This document shows positions 20,333 through 30,253 of a stretch of DNA of 64,000 nucleotides, one piece after another. The translations under genes were made by a program, and so were the position numbers. The stretch is taken from the IMG/VR virus record IMGVR_UViG_3300017917_002782, positions 1,022 to 65,021 of that record; one strand, 5' to 3'. This DNA is from a virus (taxonomy: Duplodnaviria; Caudoviricetes). Each line of letters begins with the position of its first letter. Positions within the stretch are counted from its first letter, which is position 1. The notes beneath the pieces were generated by a model, which searched no databases, was not told the origin of the DNA, and saw only the letters and a list, made by a program, of their open reading frames with translations.

Positions 20333-21517
20333 TTAACCCTCTTGATCGTTCTCTAAAGATTTTAACATAGACTTAGTTAATGAATTATATATTTCTTCAC
20401 CAAATCTTTGTCTTATTTCGTTTTCGTCTCTTAAATCAATAAATCTACCTCTTACCATGAAACCTAACACATCTTTAAGATTTATTGTTCTCCAACATTT
20501 TTTAGCGGCGTCTTCTTTATTACCACCATTTTGTTTTAATGCTTTATTGTAAGCATTGATATCAACAACTCTTTTAATGTCGTTGTTTTTTTCTACATCA
20601 AGTTGTGCTTGAGTCTTTTCTTTCTCACTAGGTACATATGAACTAAGATATCTTTTAATTGTCATGTGTTTTACCGTACCATCTTTTTTAACATACGCAA
20701 CGCTTATCATAATGTTTTTATTAAGTGCATCGTGCAATTGTTCCATATCATCTCTATTTGTGAAATCTTCATAACCAAAATCATCTTCATTTACACTATC
20801 TTCACTTTCAGATATTGTACCTCTAAATTGTTTTGTAACATTTGTTATATTAGTTACTTTACCCTCGGTTGCATTTTTTACTAAGTTATAAATCTCGGCA
20901 ACGTTTGATACACTCGTATCATAATCAAATTTAAAAATTACAGAGTATTTTTGTGAATTACCCGTACCTGTTTTTGTTTTTAACGCACCTATTGGAAGAA
21001 TTGGTGATTTTGTTGCGGTATTATCGATTGCAATTTTTTGATCAAATTTAATCCCAGGTGTTGGTTTTACTGTGAATCTTACAAATTGTTCTGCATTTGC
21101 TTCTGGTGTATTTGCTTTAGTTGATTTACCAACAATACCAGACAAAATTGTATAATTACCCGTATCAACACCAGCATTTTTAAGTGCTGTTACGAAATTT
21201 GCTGCTCTTCTTTCTGCCAACGCTTGGTTATCATAACCCCTGTCACTTCCAACGGCAGATGCTCCACCCTGTATTTGAACAGTAGCTCCCGGTACGGTTT
21301 TTAAAACTGATAATGCATTTTTAAATTCTGAACTTCCTGTATTGATTTTATCACTACCAATTTTAAATAGGTTACTACCCATTTGAACGGGTCTGTCCAC
21401 GATTGATACTGTACTTCGTTCTGGTCCTGCATTTGTATCACCACCACCAAGTTGTTCACTAATGTTTGAATCTATTATCTTTTTAATTTGTGATTCAGAT
21501 ACTATAATTTTTTTCAT
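20333..21517 (-). CDS. OmpA-like domain fused to an SH3/WYL_2-like domain
   Basis: IQGGAS...DNQALAERRA (OmpA_C-like); YVKKDGTVKHM...WRTI (WYL_2-like). Confidence 0.6.
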   Translation of the reverse strand: MKKIIVSESQIKKIIDSNISEQLGGGDTNAGPERSTVSIVDRPVQMGSNLFKIGSDKINTGSSEFKNALSVLKTVPGATVQIQGGASAVGSDRGYDNQALAERRAANFVTALKNAGVDTGNYTILSGIVGKSTKANTPEANAEQFVRFTVKPTPGIKFDQKIAIDNTATKSPILPIGALKTKTGTGNSQKYSVIFKFDYDTSVSNVAEIYNLVKNATEGKVTNITNVTKQFRGTISESEDSVNEDDFGYEDFTNRDDMEQLHDALNKNIMISVAYVKKDGTVKHMTIKRYLSSYVPSEKEKTQAQLDVEKNNDIKRVVDINAYNKALKQNGGNKEDAAKKCWRTINLKDVLGFMVRGRFIDLRDENEIRQRFGEEIYNSLTKSMLKSLENDQEG

Positions 21518-21599
21518 AGAAACTTTTTATATATAAATAGTTCATAAAACAAAAAAAGGGGAATTAACCCCTTTTTTATGACCTTGTGATTAGTTTATT

Positions 21600-22445
21600 T
21601 TAGAATTTTGTTCCGCAATGAGGACAAAATTTATGGTTGTCTTTTTTTCTCTTTGAACCACATTCTGTACAATACACAACCAAGTCTTCTTTAACAAGAG
21701 CTTTTGTACTTACGGGTTTGATTTTCCACCAATTGGTCCAACTTGGATAAGAATTAAATGTTGAGTTGTCATAAGTAAACGATTGGTTAGAATCGGAACC
21801 CTTTTCAACTCTACCAGTCTCAACATGTCTAACTTCACTTGTTTTTGTTTTGTTGTAGTTAACATTTAAATCACTAGTCACCGAATCGTTTGTATGACTA
21901 TAGTTTGATGTTGTAAAAGTACCATCAAATGAACCACTAATATTTGAGGTGTTTGTAAAGTATGTGTTGTTAAGATTATTGGTGGTAAAAGTCCTAACAC
22001 CTGGTGGGTAATTTAATACACTACCCGTTGTACTCCACCATGGTTGTGATGTACCAACTGTTAATCTACCACCATAGTGATTGAAAATAGTTTCATTGTA
22101 AAATTTAACCACCACATCACCATTGTTGGCAATGGCATCTTTAACTTCTTGATTATTTCCATTTACAACGTATGTCTCAAACAAAAACTTCTTTGCTTCA
22201 TCCAAGTATCTTTCAAGGAATACTCTCTCACCAGGACGAAGCACAATACCTGTACCGATGGATTTACCATTCAATTCGATTTGTGCTAAAATTTTATTTG
22301 ATGTTGGGTTGTAAAGTTCAATTTCGAACTCATCACCGTTGTTAAGATAAACGGTGTCAATGTGTTGTTTTAATCTTTGTTTACTCTTGGTAACAAATGA
22401 TTGCGGAGCAACACTACCGCTGTTGATTGAAATTCTTCTATTCAT
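21600..22445 (-). CDS. hypothetical protein with C-terminal zinc ribbon
   Basis: YCTECG...KFCPHCGTKF. Confidence 0.75.
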   Translation of the reverse strand: MNRRISINSGSVAPQSFVTKSKQRLKQHIDTVYLNNGDEFEIELYNPTSNKILAQIELNGKSIGTGIVLRPGERVFLERYLDEAKKFLFETYVVNGNNQEVKDAIANNGDVVVKFYNETIFNHYGGRLTVGTSQPWWSTTGSVLNYPPGVRTFTTNNLNNTYFTNTSNISGSFDGTFTTSNYSHTNDSVTSDLNVNYNKTKTSEVRHVETGRVEKGSDSNQSFTYDNSTFNSYPSWTNWWKIKPVSTKALVKEDLVVYCTECGSKRKKDNHKFCPHCGTKF

Positions 22446-22583
22446 TTTCCTTATATTTTTTTTGTATTTGAACCCGAATTCGTTGGTATCAATTCCAACT
22501 CAAATGTCTCAAGGACACTTCCGATTCAACCACAAGGTCAATAATAAATATAAGGAAATCTTACAAAATGTAAAGTAAAACCC

Positions 22584-23066
22584 TTACAATGTGTAAACAT
22601 CAATGTTCATACCTGAAACAACGATATTACCATTTTCATCGTTTACTAATGTAATCTCTAAGGTGTCACCTATTGTGATGATGCCTTCATTTTTTGTGGA
22701 GTCCGTTTCTAATTTATCCCAATCTAAATTAATATCGACATACTCATAATCGGTTTCCCATTTTGTTTCTTCACTATTTTCACCATAGTAATTAACCCTA
22801 ATGTTTAAAGTTTCGGGTCCTTTAATTCCGTAAAGTGATAAATCTTTAATACCCCAAGACTTAATATCCATATCTATTAGGAAAGTTAATTTAACACCTT
22901 CGTTTGATTCAATACCATCAATCTCAAAACCTTTAAATGAGAAATTATCATAGTTATATAAAAAATCAACCTTAACCTCTCTTTTGTATGTATCGTCTGT
23001 GGTTATATCTTCTTTTAAATTTTTTGTCAGTTTTTTTAATTGAGTTTCGTTTAATATTACTTTCAT
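22584..23066 (-). CDS. hypothetical protein
   Basis: start moved to MKVILNETQLKKL. Confidence 0.7.
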   Translation of the reverse strand: MKVILNETQLKKLTKNLKEDITTDDTYKREVKVDFLYNYDNFSFKGFEIDGIESNEGVKLTFLIDMDIKSWGIKDLSLYGIKGPETLNIRVNYYGENSEETKWETDYEYVDINLDWDKLETDSTKNEGIITIGDTLEITLVNDENGNIVVSGMNIDVYTL

Positions 23067-23145
23067 AATAAATCTTTTACATATAAATATACGGCATTTG
23101 TGATATTTATAATTAAGAATAAACAAACAAAACAAACTTACAATT

Positions 23146-23970
23146 ATGTTATTAAAAACTGGTTCAACGGGGGAAGACGTAAAAAAACTTCAAAGAAAAT
23201 TAGGTGTTACCGATACAGGTAACTTTGGTCCATTAACTGAAGCTGCGGTTAAAGCTTGGCAATCGGGTAACGGATTAACAGCCGATGGTGTTGTTGGTCC
23301 TGGAACATGGTCAAAAATGTTTGGTGAACAAAATGTAATTACAGAACCATCACCAGCACCAAATGTTGGTGGTTTAAAATTAGAAAAGCTAAAGGGACAT
23401 ATACCAGACGCAGTAATTGCGATGATTCCCGACACCGCACAAAAATTCCAAATAAACACACCATTAAGATTAGCACACTTTTTAGCCCAATGTGGACACG
23501 AGTCTGGTGGGTTTAGAGTTACATCAGAAAACTTGAGTTATTCTGCAGACGGATTAAAAAAGATTTTTCCAAAGTATTTTCCGGGTAATTTATCAGAATC
23601 ATATGCAAGACAACCACAAAAAATTGCATCAAAAGTTTATGGTGGTCGTATGGGTAATGGTCCTGAGTCAACAGGTGATGGTTTCAAATTCCGTGGTAGG
23701 GGTTACATTCAATTAACTGGTAAAGACAACTATGTTGCTTTTGGTAAATCAATAAATGAGGATTTAACATCTAATCCTGATTTAGTTTCCTCTAAATATG
23801 CACTATTATCGGCGGCTTGGTTTTTCAGTAAGAATGGACTTAATAGAATGGCGGATGAGGGTTCAACAGATGTTGTTGTCACTAAAATTACAAAAAGGGT
23901 GAATGGAGGAACAATAGGTTTGGTTGATAGAATAAAACATTTCAAAGAATATTATTCTTTATTATCATAA
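23146..23970 (+). CDS. endolysin: peptidoglycan-binding domain + GH19 lysozyme/chitinase
   Basis: DGVVGPGTW PG-binding motif; AHFLAQCGHESGG, FRGRGYIQLTGKDNY, VNGG.IGL.DR. Confidence 0.92.
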   Translation: MLLKTGSTGEDVKKLQRKLGVTDTGNFGPLTEAAVKAWQSGNGLTADGVVGPGTWSKMFGEQNVITEPSPAPNVGGLKLEKLKGHIPDAVIAMIPDTAQKFQINTPLRLAHFLAQCGHESGGFRVTSENLSYSADGLKKIFPKYFPGNLSESYARQPQKIASKVYGGRMGNGPESTGDGFKFRGRGYIQLTGKDNYVAFGKSINEDLTSNPDLVSSKYALLSAAWFFSKNGLNRMADEGSTDVVVTKITKRVNGGTIGLVDRIKHFKEYYSLLS

Positions 23971-23981
23971 AAAAAGGGGAT

Positions 23982-25571
23982 TTAAATCCCCTTTTTTTCT
24001 TTAATATCATCCTGTTTTTCAAGTTCAGGTTTTATATCGGTATTTTGGTCAGCTAAGTTATAATCCTCAATCATTTTTAAGTATGAATCATAACTCATAA
24101 AGTAACCCTTATCACTTTTCCCTCTTTCTACAGGGTAAATACTTACAAAACTATCACTAGATGGTTCTGATGATTTACTGAATACCTCAACAAAGAACTT
24201 CTCGGATTTATTTGCCTTGTTCATCAAAATTGTTGGTTTTGGTGGATTATAATCTGGTGAATATTTTTTTCCTCCTTTTTCGTACCAATCTAGTTTTGAA
24301 CCATCATAAATACCATATTTAAATGGTGATCTGTATGTCTTTAGAATAAAGATTTTGTCATTGTTTATGTTATACCTGTGGATTAAAAATTGATTTTTTA
24401 ATAATCTTAACCCTAAGGTAACGATACCACCATTAAAACCAATTTTTAATAGTCTACTTTCTAAACTTTTTAGCTCTTGTTTGTTTTCTTTAATTTCATC
24501 AAAAAGTTCAATACCAAATCTTTCGTAAACAATATCCTTTTCCGTTAAATCTAAATACCCTCTTTTTAATTCGGGTGTCATACTTTTCCATGAAATCTTT
24601 TTTGTGATTGGTTTTTTTCTATCAATGATATATCGTCTTTTAAGTTCGGTTGAAATAGACGCGAAAAAATATTCACTTTCTGGGTTTGTTTCATTAACAA
24701 AATCAACAGGATCGGTTGTTTCACCCAATTCTTTAGCTGCATCATAATCCATAAATTCGATTTTATCCAAATGTTGTGCAAGTTTCGGATAAATTCTAAC
24801 TAACTCTTCTTTTGTTGTAACAGGATCGGTACCATCGTTAAGTATTGATGTTATTCTTAGATTTGTTGGTGAATCTGTTGAGTATTGTACCGCACTAACA
24901 TAGTATTGTGCAATCTTTGGGTTGGTTTCCACTTCAGGTGATTTACTTTCATCAATAACAAAGTAGAAAGATCTTCTCGGTCTATAACTAGTGTAAAGAT
25001 TGTCATCCCCATATCTACCAATACACCACGGTATGGCAGATAACCCATTAAATACTGGATATGGTTTTAACGTTGCTTGATAATAACCAAAAATTTTGGC
25101 AGTTGCTCTATCAGGTATTTTATACATACGAAAACCACCCTCATCAACAATTTTATATTGATCCCCAAACCAAAAACTTTTCGATGCACTTATTCTTTCT
25201 TCGTTTGGTTTTAAATTTTTACCTCTGAATATTGGGGGAATTGGATTTTCAACCTCTGGATTTTCATCCTCAATCCCAAAATAATCATTAACCAAAAATT
25301 TCATTTGATCAAACGAATATTTTTTAGGTTGTGTTAAATCAGTCTCCAAAAAACCCCTAAACCTATTTAAAAATGTAACTATAATTGGTAAGTCTGGTTT
25401 TAATCTGTTTTGCCCCTTTAATTGGGTGTACTTTTCAAGTAAATCCTCAACTTTACGTTTCTGTTCATCAGTTGGGGTTTCACCAAACCATTTATTTAAT
25501 AGGAACCTATATGTTCCAACATCTCTAACCTCTTCAAGTAAAATATCAAAAACCAAATCTGTTATTTTCAT
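23982..25571 (-). CDS. hypothetical phage protein
   Basis: long ORF; start moved to MKITDLVFDILLEE. Confidence 0.7.
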   Translation of the reverse strand: MKITDLVFDILLEEVRDVGTYRFLLNKWFGETPTDEQKRKVEDLLEKYTQLKGQNRLKPDLPIIVTFLNRFRGFLETDLTQPKKYSFDQMKFLVNDYFGIEDENPEVENPIPPIFRGKNLKPNEERISASKSFWFGDQYKIVDEGGFRMYKIPDRATAKIFGYYQATLKPYPVFNGLSAIPWCIGRYGDDNLYTSYRPRRSFYFVIDESKSPEVETNPKIAQYYVSAVQYSTDSPTNLRITSILNDGTDPVTTKEELVRIYPKLAQHLDKIEFMDYDAAKELGETTDPVDFVNETNPESEYFFASISTELKRRYIIDRKKPITKKISWKSMTPELKRGYLDLTEKDIVYERFGIELFDEIKENKQELKSLESRLLKIGFNGGIVTLGLRLLKNQFLIHRYNINNDKIFILKTYRSPFKYGIYDGSKLDWYEKGGKKYSPDYNPPKPTILMNKANKSEKFFVEVFSKSSEPSSDSFVSIYPVERGKSDKGYFMSYDSYLKMIEDYNLADQNTDIKPELEKQDDIKEKKGI

Positions 25572-25636
25572 AATAAAACAAATATATATAGTATAAATAG
25601 TTTGAAAACAAAGAATTTTCAACAAACACATAAAAT

Positions 25637-26188
25637 ATGAAACTAATAACAAAAATGGGGTTTTACTCCATATACGAAGATAAGGGAAGATACATTGCCG
25701 ATAGCGGTAAAATAATTTACTCCAAGAGATTTAAAAAGTACTATCCAAACCCATATAGGGACGTAAAAGATTTTGGTACAATTGAAAGTGCAAAAGAATA
25801 TGTTTTTAAAAAACTATCAAAACACACTAAAGAAAAAGAGAAGAAAATCAAATCTCTACCGAAATCGTTGTATCTTATTTTAATGAAAGAAGAGAAGTCT
25901 GGGTTAAGTTTTGTTAAAGTCGGGATTACCTCAAAAAGATTCCTTATTAGAAGGTTTAGTAAAGACTATGGGTATGAGGGGTATGTTATTGAAACAATAC
26001 TTAGAAGGATTGACACCGAGAAGGCCGAGGAACTTGAACAAAAAATAAAAGATGCGATAGCAAAGAAAAAAACAATTAAAAAATTCAGACCATTGTTGGA
26101 GAATTTTTCAGGATATTCAGAGTGTTTTTCTTACAACTCTTTGAATGATATTATTGGGGTTTTTGATAGACTTACAAAAAACGTTTAA
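25637..26188 (+). CDS. GIY-YIG/T5orf172-like nuclease domain protein
   Basis: LYLI...FVKVGIT...R...E..EQ...GYSECF. Confidence 0.55.
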   Translation: MKLITKMGFYSIYEDKGRYIADSGKIIYSKRFKKYYPNPYRDVKDFGTIESAKEYVFKKLSKHTKEKEKKIKSLPKSLYLILMKEEKSGLSFVKVGITSKRFLIRRFSKDYGYEGYVIETILRRIDTEKAEELEQKIKDAIAKKKTIKKFRPLLENFSGYSECFSYNSLNDIIGVFDRLTKNV

Positions 26189-26547
26189 GAGGTTCTTCTT
26201 CTGCCTCTAGCCGCTCTTGCAGGTTCTTCAGTCTTACTACTTTTAGTAGATTTAGTTGTTTTTTTAACCAATTCTTTATTTTTATCTTCCAAGAATTCAA
26301 CTTTAACCCTAAGTTCTGCAACTTGTTTGGTTAATTCCAATATCTTAGAACGTAAATCATCTTTTTCTTGTGATGATTTTTCTAATAAAACTTCTAGTTT
26401 TGTTATTCTTGTACGACACTCGTCTTTCATATAATCTTCAGATTTTTCTTTTCTCATGGCTCTTTTTTCATAAAATCTCCAGGCACTTGCCGAACCTAAA
26501 ACTGTTAGTGCCGTTATTAGTACAGTATAAAACGAGTTTGCATCCAT
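26185..26547 (-). CDS. TM + coiled-coil protein
   Basis: N-terminal TM and heptads; start moved to MDANS. Confidence 0.65.
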   Translation of the reverse strand: MDANSFYTVLITALTVLGSASAWRFYEKRAMRKEKSEDYMKDECRTRITKLEVLLEKSSQEKDDLRSKILELTKQVAELRVKVEFLEDKNKELVKKTTKSTKSSKTEEPARAARGRRRTS

Positions 26548-26634
26548 AGTATTTTGTTTACAATAAATATAATAATTTTCAATTAATTCCACAATCTAGT
26601 TTGAAATGTGTCCAATAATTGTTATATTTTTAGT

Positions 26635-27189
26635 ATGAGTGTCATTATAAACTTGTTTGGTGGTCCCGGAATTGGTAAATCAACACAGAGTGCGGAATTG
26701 TTTACCTTAATGAAAAAAAATCACATGGATGTTGAATTAACATTTGAATATCCAAAAATAGTTGCTTGGGAGGAAAATTACTCAGCAATTAAAGATCAGT
26801 TCTACATTACCGCAAATCAACATAGGAACATAAGTAGATTATATGGTAAGGTTAAGTATATAATTGTAGATTCTCCCATAATTTTGGGTATGGTTTATAA
26901 AGACATATATAATAATGAACCAGAATACCCATCATCGTATTATGATGAAAATTTTGATACCTTCATTGTTAATCTTTTTAAAAAATATAACAACCTTAAT
27001 ATTTTATTAAAAAGGGACGATTCAACATACGATGAGAATGGTCGTTTCCAAAATTTAGAACAATCAAAACAGATTGATAAAACAATAAAAGACAAGTTAG
27101 AAAAATTAAATTTACCATATGTTGAGTTTGGTGTGTGTGAAAATACTGCTTTGCAGATATTTAATTACATACAAACAAACCAATTATGA
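26635..27189 (+). CDS. NadR/AAA_28-like P-loop ATPase/kinase
   Basis: INLFGGPGIGKST, DSPI, GRFQ motifs. Confidence 0.8.
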   Translation: MSVIINLFGGPGIGKSTQSAELFTLMKKNHMDVELTFEYPKIVAWEENYSAIKDQFYITANQHRNISRLYGKVKYIIVDSPIILGMVYKDIYNNEPEYPSSYYDENFDTFIVNLFKKYNNLNILLKRDDSTYDENGRFQNLEQSKQIDKTIKDKLEKLNLPYVEFGVCENTALQIFNYIQTNQL

Positions 27190-27791
27190 AAAAAACAATA
27201 GTATTATCAAGTCTACTTATTGTGGTTATCTTTATAACCACGTCAATGCAAACCCTAAAAGATGTTGTTAATGTTAAAAACAACGTATTTGAGGTTAGTT
27301 ATTCACAAAAATTAAAAGAACCCCTTTGGTTGATATATAAATCAACAAACAGACCAACCAATGTTAATAGGGGTTCAATGGATTTCTATGGTGAAAAAAA
27401 CATTATTACTTCTGATGCTGCCGATTATAAAAACAATGTTTGGGATAAAGGTCACTTAGCACCAGCAGCAACGTTCTCAGATAATATGGAAAACCTAAAA
27501 CAAACATTCTCATATCTGAATTGCGCATTACAACATCAAGATTTGAATAGAGGTGAATGGCGTTTATTGGAAGAACAAGAGAGAGTGTGGGACGATAAAG
27601 AAAATTTAACAATCAAAATCGACTTGATTTTTGATGAGAAATCAACTATATTATCTTCAGGTGCAACGGTACCCTCTTTTTTTGTGAAACACGTTTATTT
27701 TGAAAAAACAAAAGCATGGAAATGTTTTAAATTTGAGAATACAAAACCAACAAAAAAATGGGGTGAACATCAAATAAAATGTACCCATTAA
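27186..27791 (+). CDS. DNA/RNA non-specific endonuclease (NucA-like), secreted
   Basis: signal peptide; WDKGHLAPAA, TFSYLN..LQ...LNRG.W..LE. Confidence 0.9.
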   Translation: MKKTIVLSSLLIVVIFITTSMQTLKDVVNVKNNVFEVSYSQKLKEPLWLIYKSTNRPTNVNRGSMDFYGEKNIITSDAADYKNNVWDKGHLAPAATFSDNMENLKQTFSYLNCALQHQDLNRGEWRLLEEQERVWDDKENLTIKIDLIFDEKSTILSSGATVPSFFVKHVYFEKTKAWKCFKFENTKPTKKWGEHQIKCTH

Positions 27792-27792
27792 T

Positions 27793-27993
27793 ATGTTTTG
27801 TAAAGAAATAATTACATTTAGAGATAAGTTATATCTTGTCCAAAGAAAATTTAAAGAGTCGAGTGTTAAATCCGATAAAATAAATGAAATTAAAGAGTTA
27901 TTAAACTCCTCAATTGTTTTAAAACAAAGAAATGGAGATACTGACTATTTATTTTTTTTAGATGAAATACCTGAACCAGAGATTGTTGAGTAA
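27793..27993 (+). CDS. hypothetical protein
   Basis: ORF in operon. Confidence 0.55.
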   Translation: MFCKEIITFRDKLYLVQRKFKESSVKSDKINEIKELLNSSIVLKQRNGDTDYLFFLDEIPEPEIVE

Positions 27994-28379
27994 TTTTTAA
28001 TTTCTTTTATACACTTTTTAGTGTATTTATACTCATTTCTTTTCGCCTGTCTTTCATATGGATTATGTGAGTAGTAATACAATTCCACGTAGTGTTTATA
28101 TTTTGTTCTTGATTGTAAATAATGTGTATACTCATGTATTATTGTTGCAACAAGATCGTACATACTTTTACAATTATTTAGATAAATCAATATACGATTT
28201 TTATAAAAACAATATGTACCATAAAAAATAAATTTATCTTTTTTCCTTATTTTTTCACTGAATTTTAAATCTAATTTTGTTCTTTTTCTACTATTGATAC
28301 CAAGATTTTTTTCGCACCATTTTAATGTTAATTTGGCATAAATCTCTTTTGTCTTGATATCAAGAGTTCTATTGCTCAT
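27945..28379 (-). CDS. HExxH metallopeptidase-like protein
   Basis: TIIHEYTHYLQ ... NPYERQA. Confidence 0.7.
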   Translation of the reverse strand: MSNRTLDIKTKEIYAKLTLKWCEKNLGINSRKRTKLDLKFSEKIRKKDKFIFYGTYCFYKNRILIYLNNCKSMYDLVATIIHEYTHYLQSRTKYKHYVELYYYSHNPYERQAKRNEYKYTKKCIKEIKNYSTISGSGISSKKNK

Positions 28380-28731
28380 CTGGTTTTTTCTCGGTCTTTA
28401 CAACCTTTTTTTGTTTGGTTGATGGGTCAACCAAACTACTTAATAGGTCAAAATTGTTTATAACATCCTTTAATGTTGACGCAAACTCATAGTTTTCTAA
28501 GTCTTCGTTTTTTTTCTGTAATACCTTTATAATGTCCAACAAATCGTTTTTACTTAAATTGGATTTTATACCGACATATTTTTTTACCAACTTTAGTGTT
28601 AGGTACTGAATAGCGACCTTTTTATCTTTGTTTATGGTAAAGTACTTTTCAATGTTAACATTCGATAAGATTGTTTTATTGAGATTCTCAATGTAAGAAT
28701 TCAATGCAGGATTGTTTGTGTTAATTTTCAT
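28369..28731 (-). CDS. hypothetical protein (UVR-like ENYEFA motif)
   Basis: ORF with TATTTAT upstream. Confidence 0.65.
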   Translation of the reverse strand: MKINTNNPALNSYIENLNKTILSNVNIEKYFTINKDKKVAIQYLTLKLVKKYVGIKSNLSKNDLLDIIKVLQKKNEDLENYEFASTLKDVINNFDLLSSLVDPSTKQKKVVKTEKKPDEQ

Positions 28732-28796
28732 ACTTTGCCCTTTCGTTTTTTAATAAATATTTTATAAAACAAAAATGGGGGTCAACCCCCCACTTT

Positions 28797-29153
28797 TTAT
28801 TTTCCCCATTTTCCACTTTTTACCAGTTGAGCGATTATCCCATAAACCGACAAATCTTTGTAGGTATCGTCTACCGCTTCACCGACATTGTCCTTTGTCC
28901 CCAATACAACTAGTTGTTTAATTCGTTGTATTTTATCATTCATTCTAAAGAATAACCCCATTTGTGATAGTTTTCTATCTTCCTCTTTGTCTAAATCCCT
29001 TCCTAATGAGATATTATCAGGTCCATAGTTAGATTGTTTTTTACAGAACAACTCGTATTGTTCTCTCATGATACGTTTAAATTCTTTGGTCATTTCAGGA
29101 TACTGCTCTTCAACCTGTTTTATAACCGGATTGACTTCTTTTTTTTCTTCCAT
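28797..29153 (-). CDS. DUF1599/nucleotide-modification-associated domain protein
   Basis: F.KKQSNYG..NI, RMNDKIQR, DT..DL..YGII. Confidence 0.75.
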   Translation of the reverse strand: MEEKKEVNPVIKQVEEQYPEMTKEFKRIMREQYELFCKKQSNYGPDNISLGRDLDKEEDRKLSQMGLFFRMNDKIQRIKQLVVLGTKDNVGEAVDDTYKDLSVYGIIAQLVKSGKWGK

Positions 29154-29228
29154 GTTCTAAAATATTATAATAGAAAAAATATATACAAATATTTTACAAA
29201 AACCAAATATTTATAATAAAAAGTAATC

Positions 29229-29462
29229 ATGCAGATAGAAGATTTTAACGAAGAACAAAAGAACGAAACAGTACCAAAATCAAAACAATTGGTACAAATG
29301 TTATCTTTTAGGGTTGTTCCAGCATATTTCAGGGAGATTGAAAAGATTGCAAATAAGAAGAAAATGAGTGTTTCAAAGCTAGTTAGAACATACATAAAAG
29401 AAGGTATGAAAAGAGACAATGCAATTGATTCTAACGAAGATAAAGAATTTAGAGTTGAGTAA
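29229..29462 (+). CDS. ribbon-helix-helix DNA-binding protein
   Basis: LSFRV...IEKIA....MSVSKLVRTYI. Confidence 0.6.
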   Translation: MQIEDFNEEQKNETVPKSKQLVQMLSFRVVPAYFREIEKIANKKKMSVSKLVRTYIKEGMKRDNAIDSNEDKEFRVE

Positions 29463-29468
29463 TCAGGT

Positions 29469-29783
29469 ATGAAAATAGAGGAAGACAAAATTCTAAACGC
29501 AGTGAAAAGCGTACTTTTGGAAGAGGTTTCTAAAGTTAATAGGTATGATTTTAACAAAGTTCAGTTTAAAATTGATGAACTTGAGAATCAATTAATGGAG
29601 ACTGTTAAAGAGTTACGTAAATTAGACGATTCTATTCCCGATGGGTTAAAAAACATAACAAATGGTAGAGTTAAAACTATTTCTACCAATTTATCAGGTG
29701 CTCACACCGCACTTAAACAATTAAAAAACAAAGTTAGAGAGTATAAGAAAAATTTATACCAACAACAAAACGATAAGAAATAA
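29469..29783 (+). CDS. coiled-coil hypothetical protein
   Basis: ORF in operon. Confidence 0.65.
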   Translation: MKIEEDKILNAVKSVLLEEVSKVNRYDFNKVQFKIDELENQLMETVKELRKLDDSIPDGLKNITNGRVKTISTNLSGAHTALKQLKNKVREYKKNLYQQQNDKK

Positions 29784-29787
29784 GTTC

Positions 29788-30147
29788 TTACGATTTTTTT
29801 TCAATTATTTTTTTTGCTTCTGATTTACCCTCATTGGTTAAAAAAAAGAATTCTTCACCATTTTCGTCCGTAATACAATCAATAAGACCTTTTTTTTGTA
29901 AAGATTCTAAATGAGAACCAACAACAATTTCGGTTAATATTCTTTCAAATTCTTCATCACTAAAAAACACTGGATCGTCATCCAATTCACCAGCAATAAA
30001 CTTTTCAGTTAAACTTTCACAAAATAAATTAAAAGCGTATGTTTTGTCTTTAATATCGTTTTCGGTAAAAAAATTATTTTCGTCTAATTCATCAATTATT
30101 AATTGTGATTTTTCAATAACTATGGGTTGATAAACCTGTTTTTCCAT
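29788..30147 (-). CDS. hypothetical protein (winged-helix-like C-terminus)
   Basis: L..KGLI...F.LT.EGK. Confidence 0.65.
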   Translation of the reverse strand: MEKQVYQPIVIEKSQLIIDELDENNFFTENDIKDKTYAFNLFCESLTEKFIAGELDDDPVFFSDEEFERILTEIVVGSHLESLQKKGLIDCITDENGEEFFFLTNEGKSEAKKIIEKKS

Positions 30148-30253
30148 TTTTTCTGTATTGTTTGTTAAATATAAATAAAAATTTCAATAAAAACAAACAA
30201 CGGGTTGACTTTGACCATATTTTTTAGTACTTTTTTTACATAAATTAATTATT

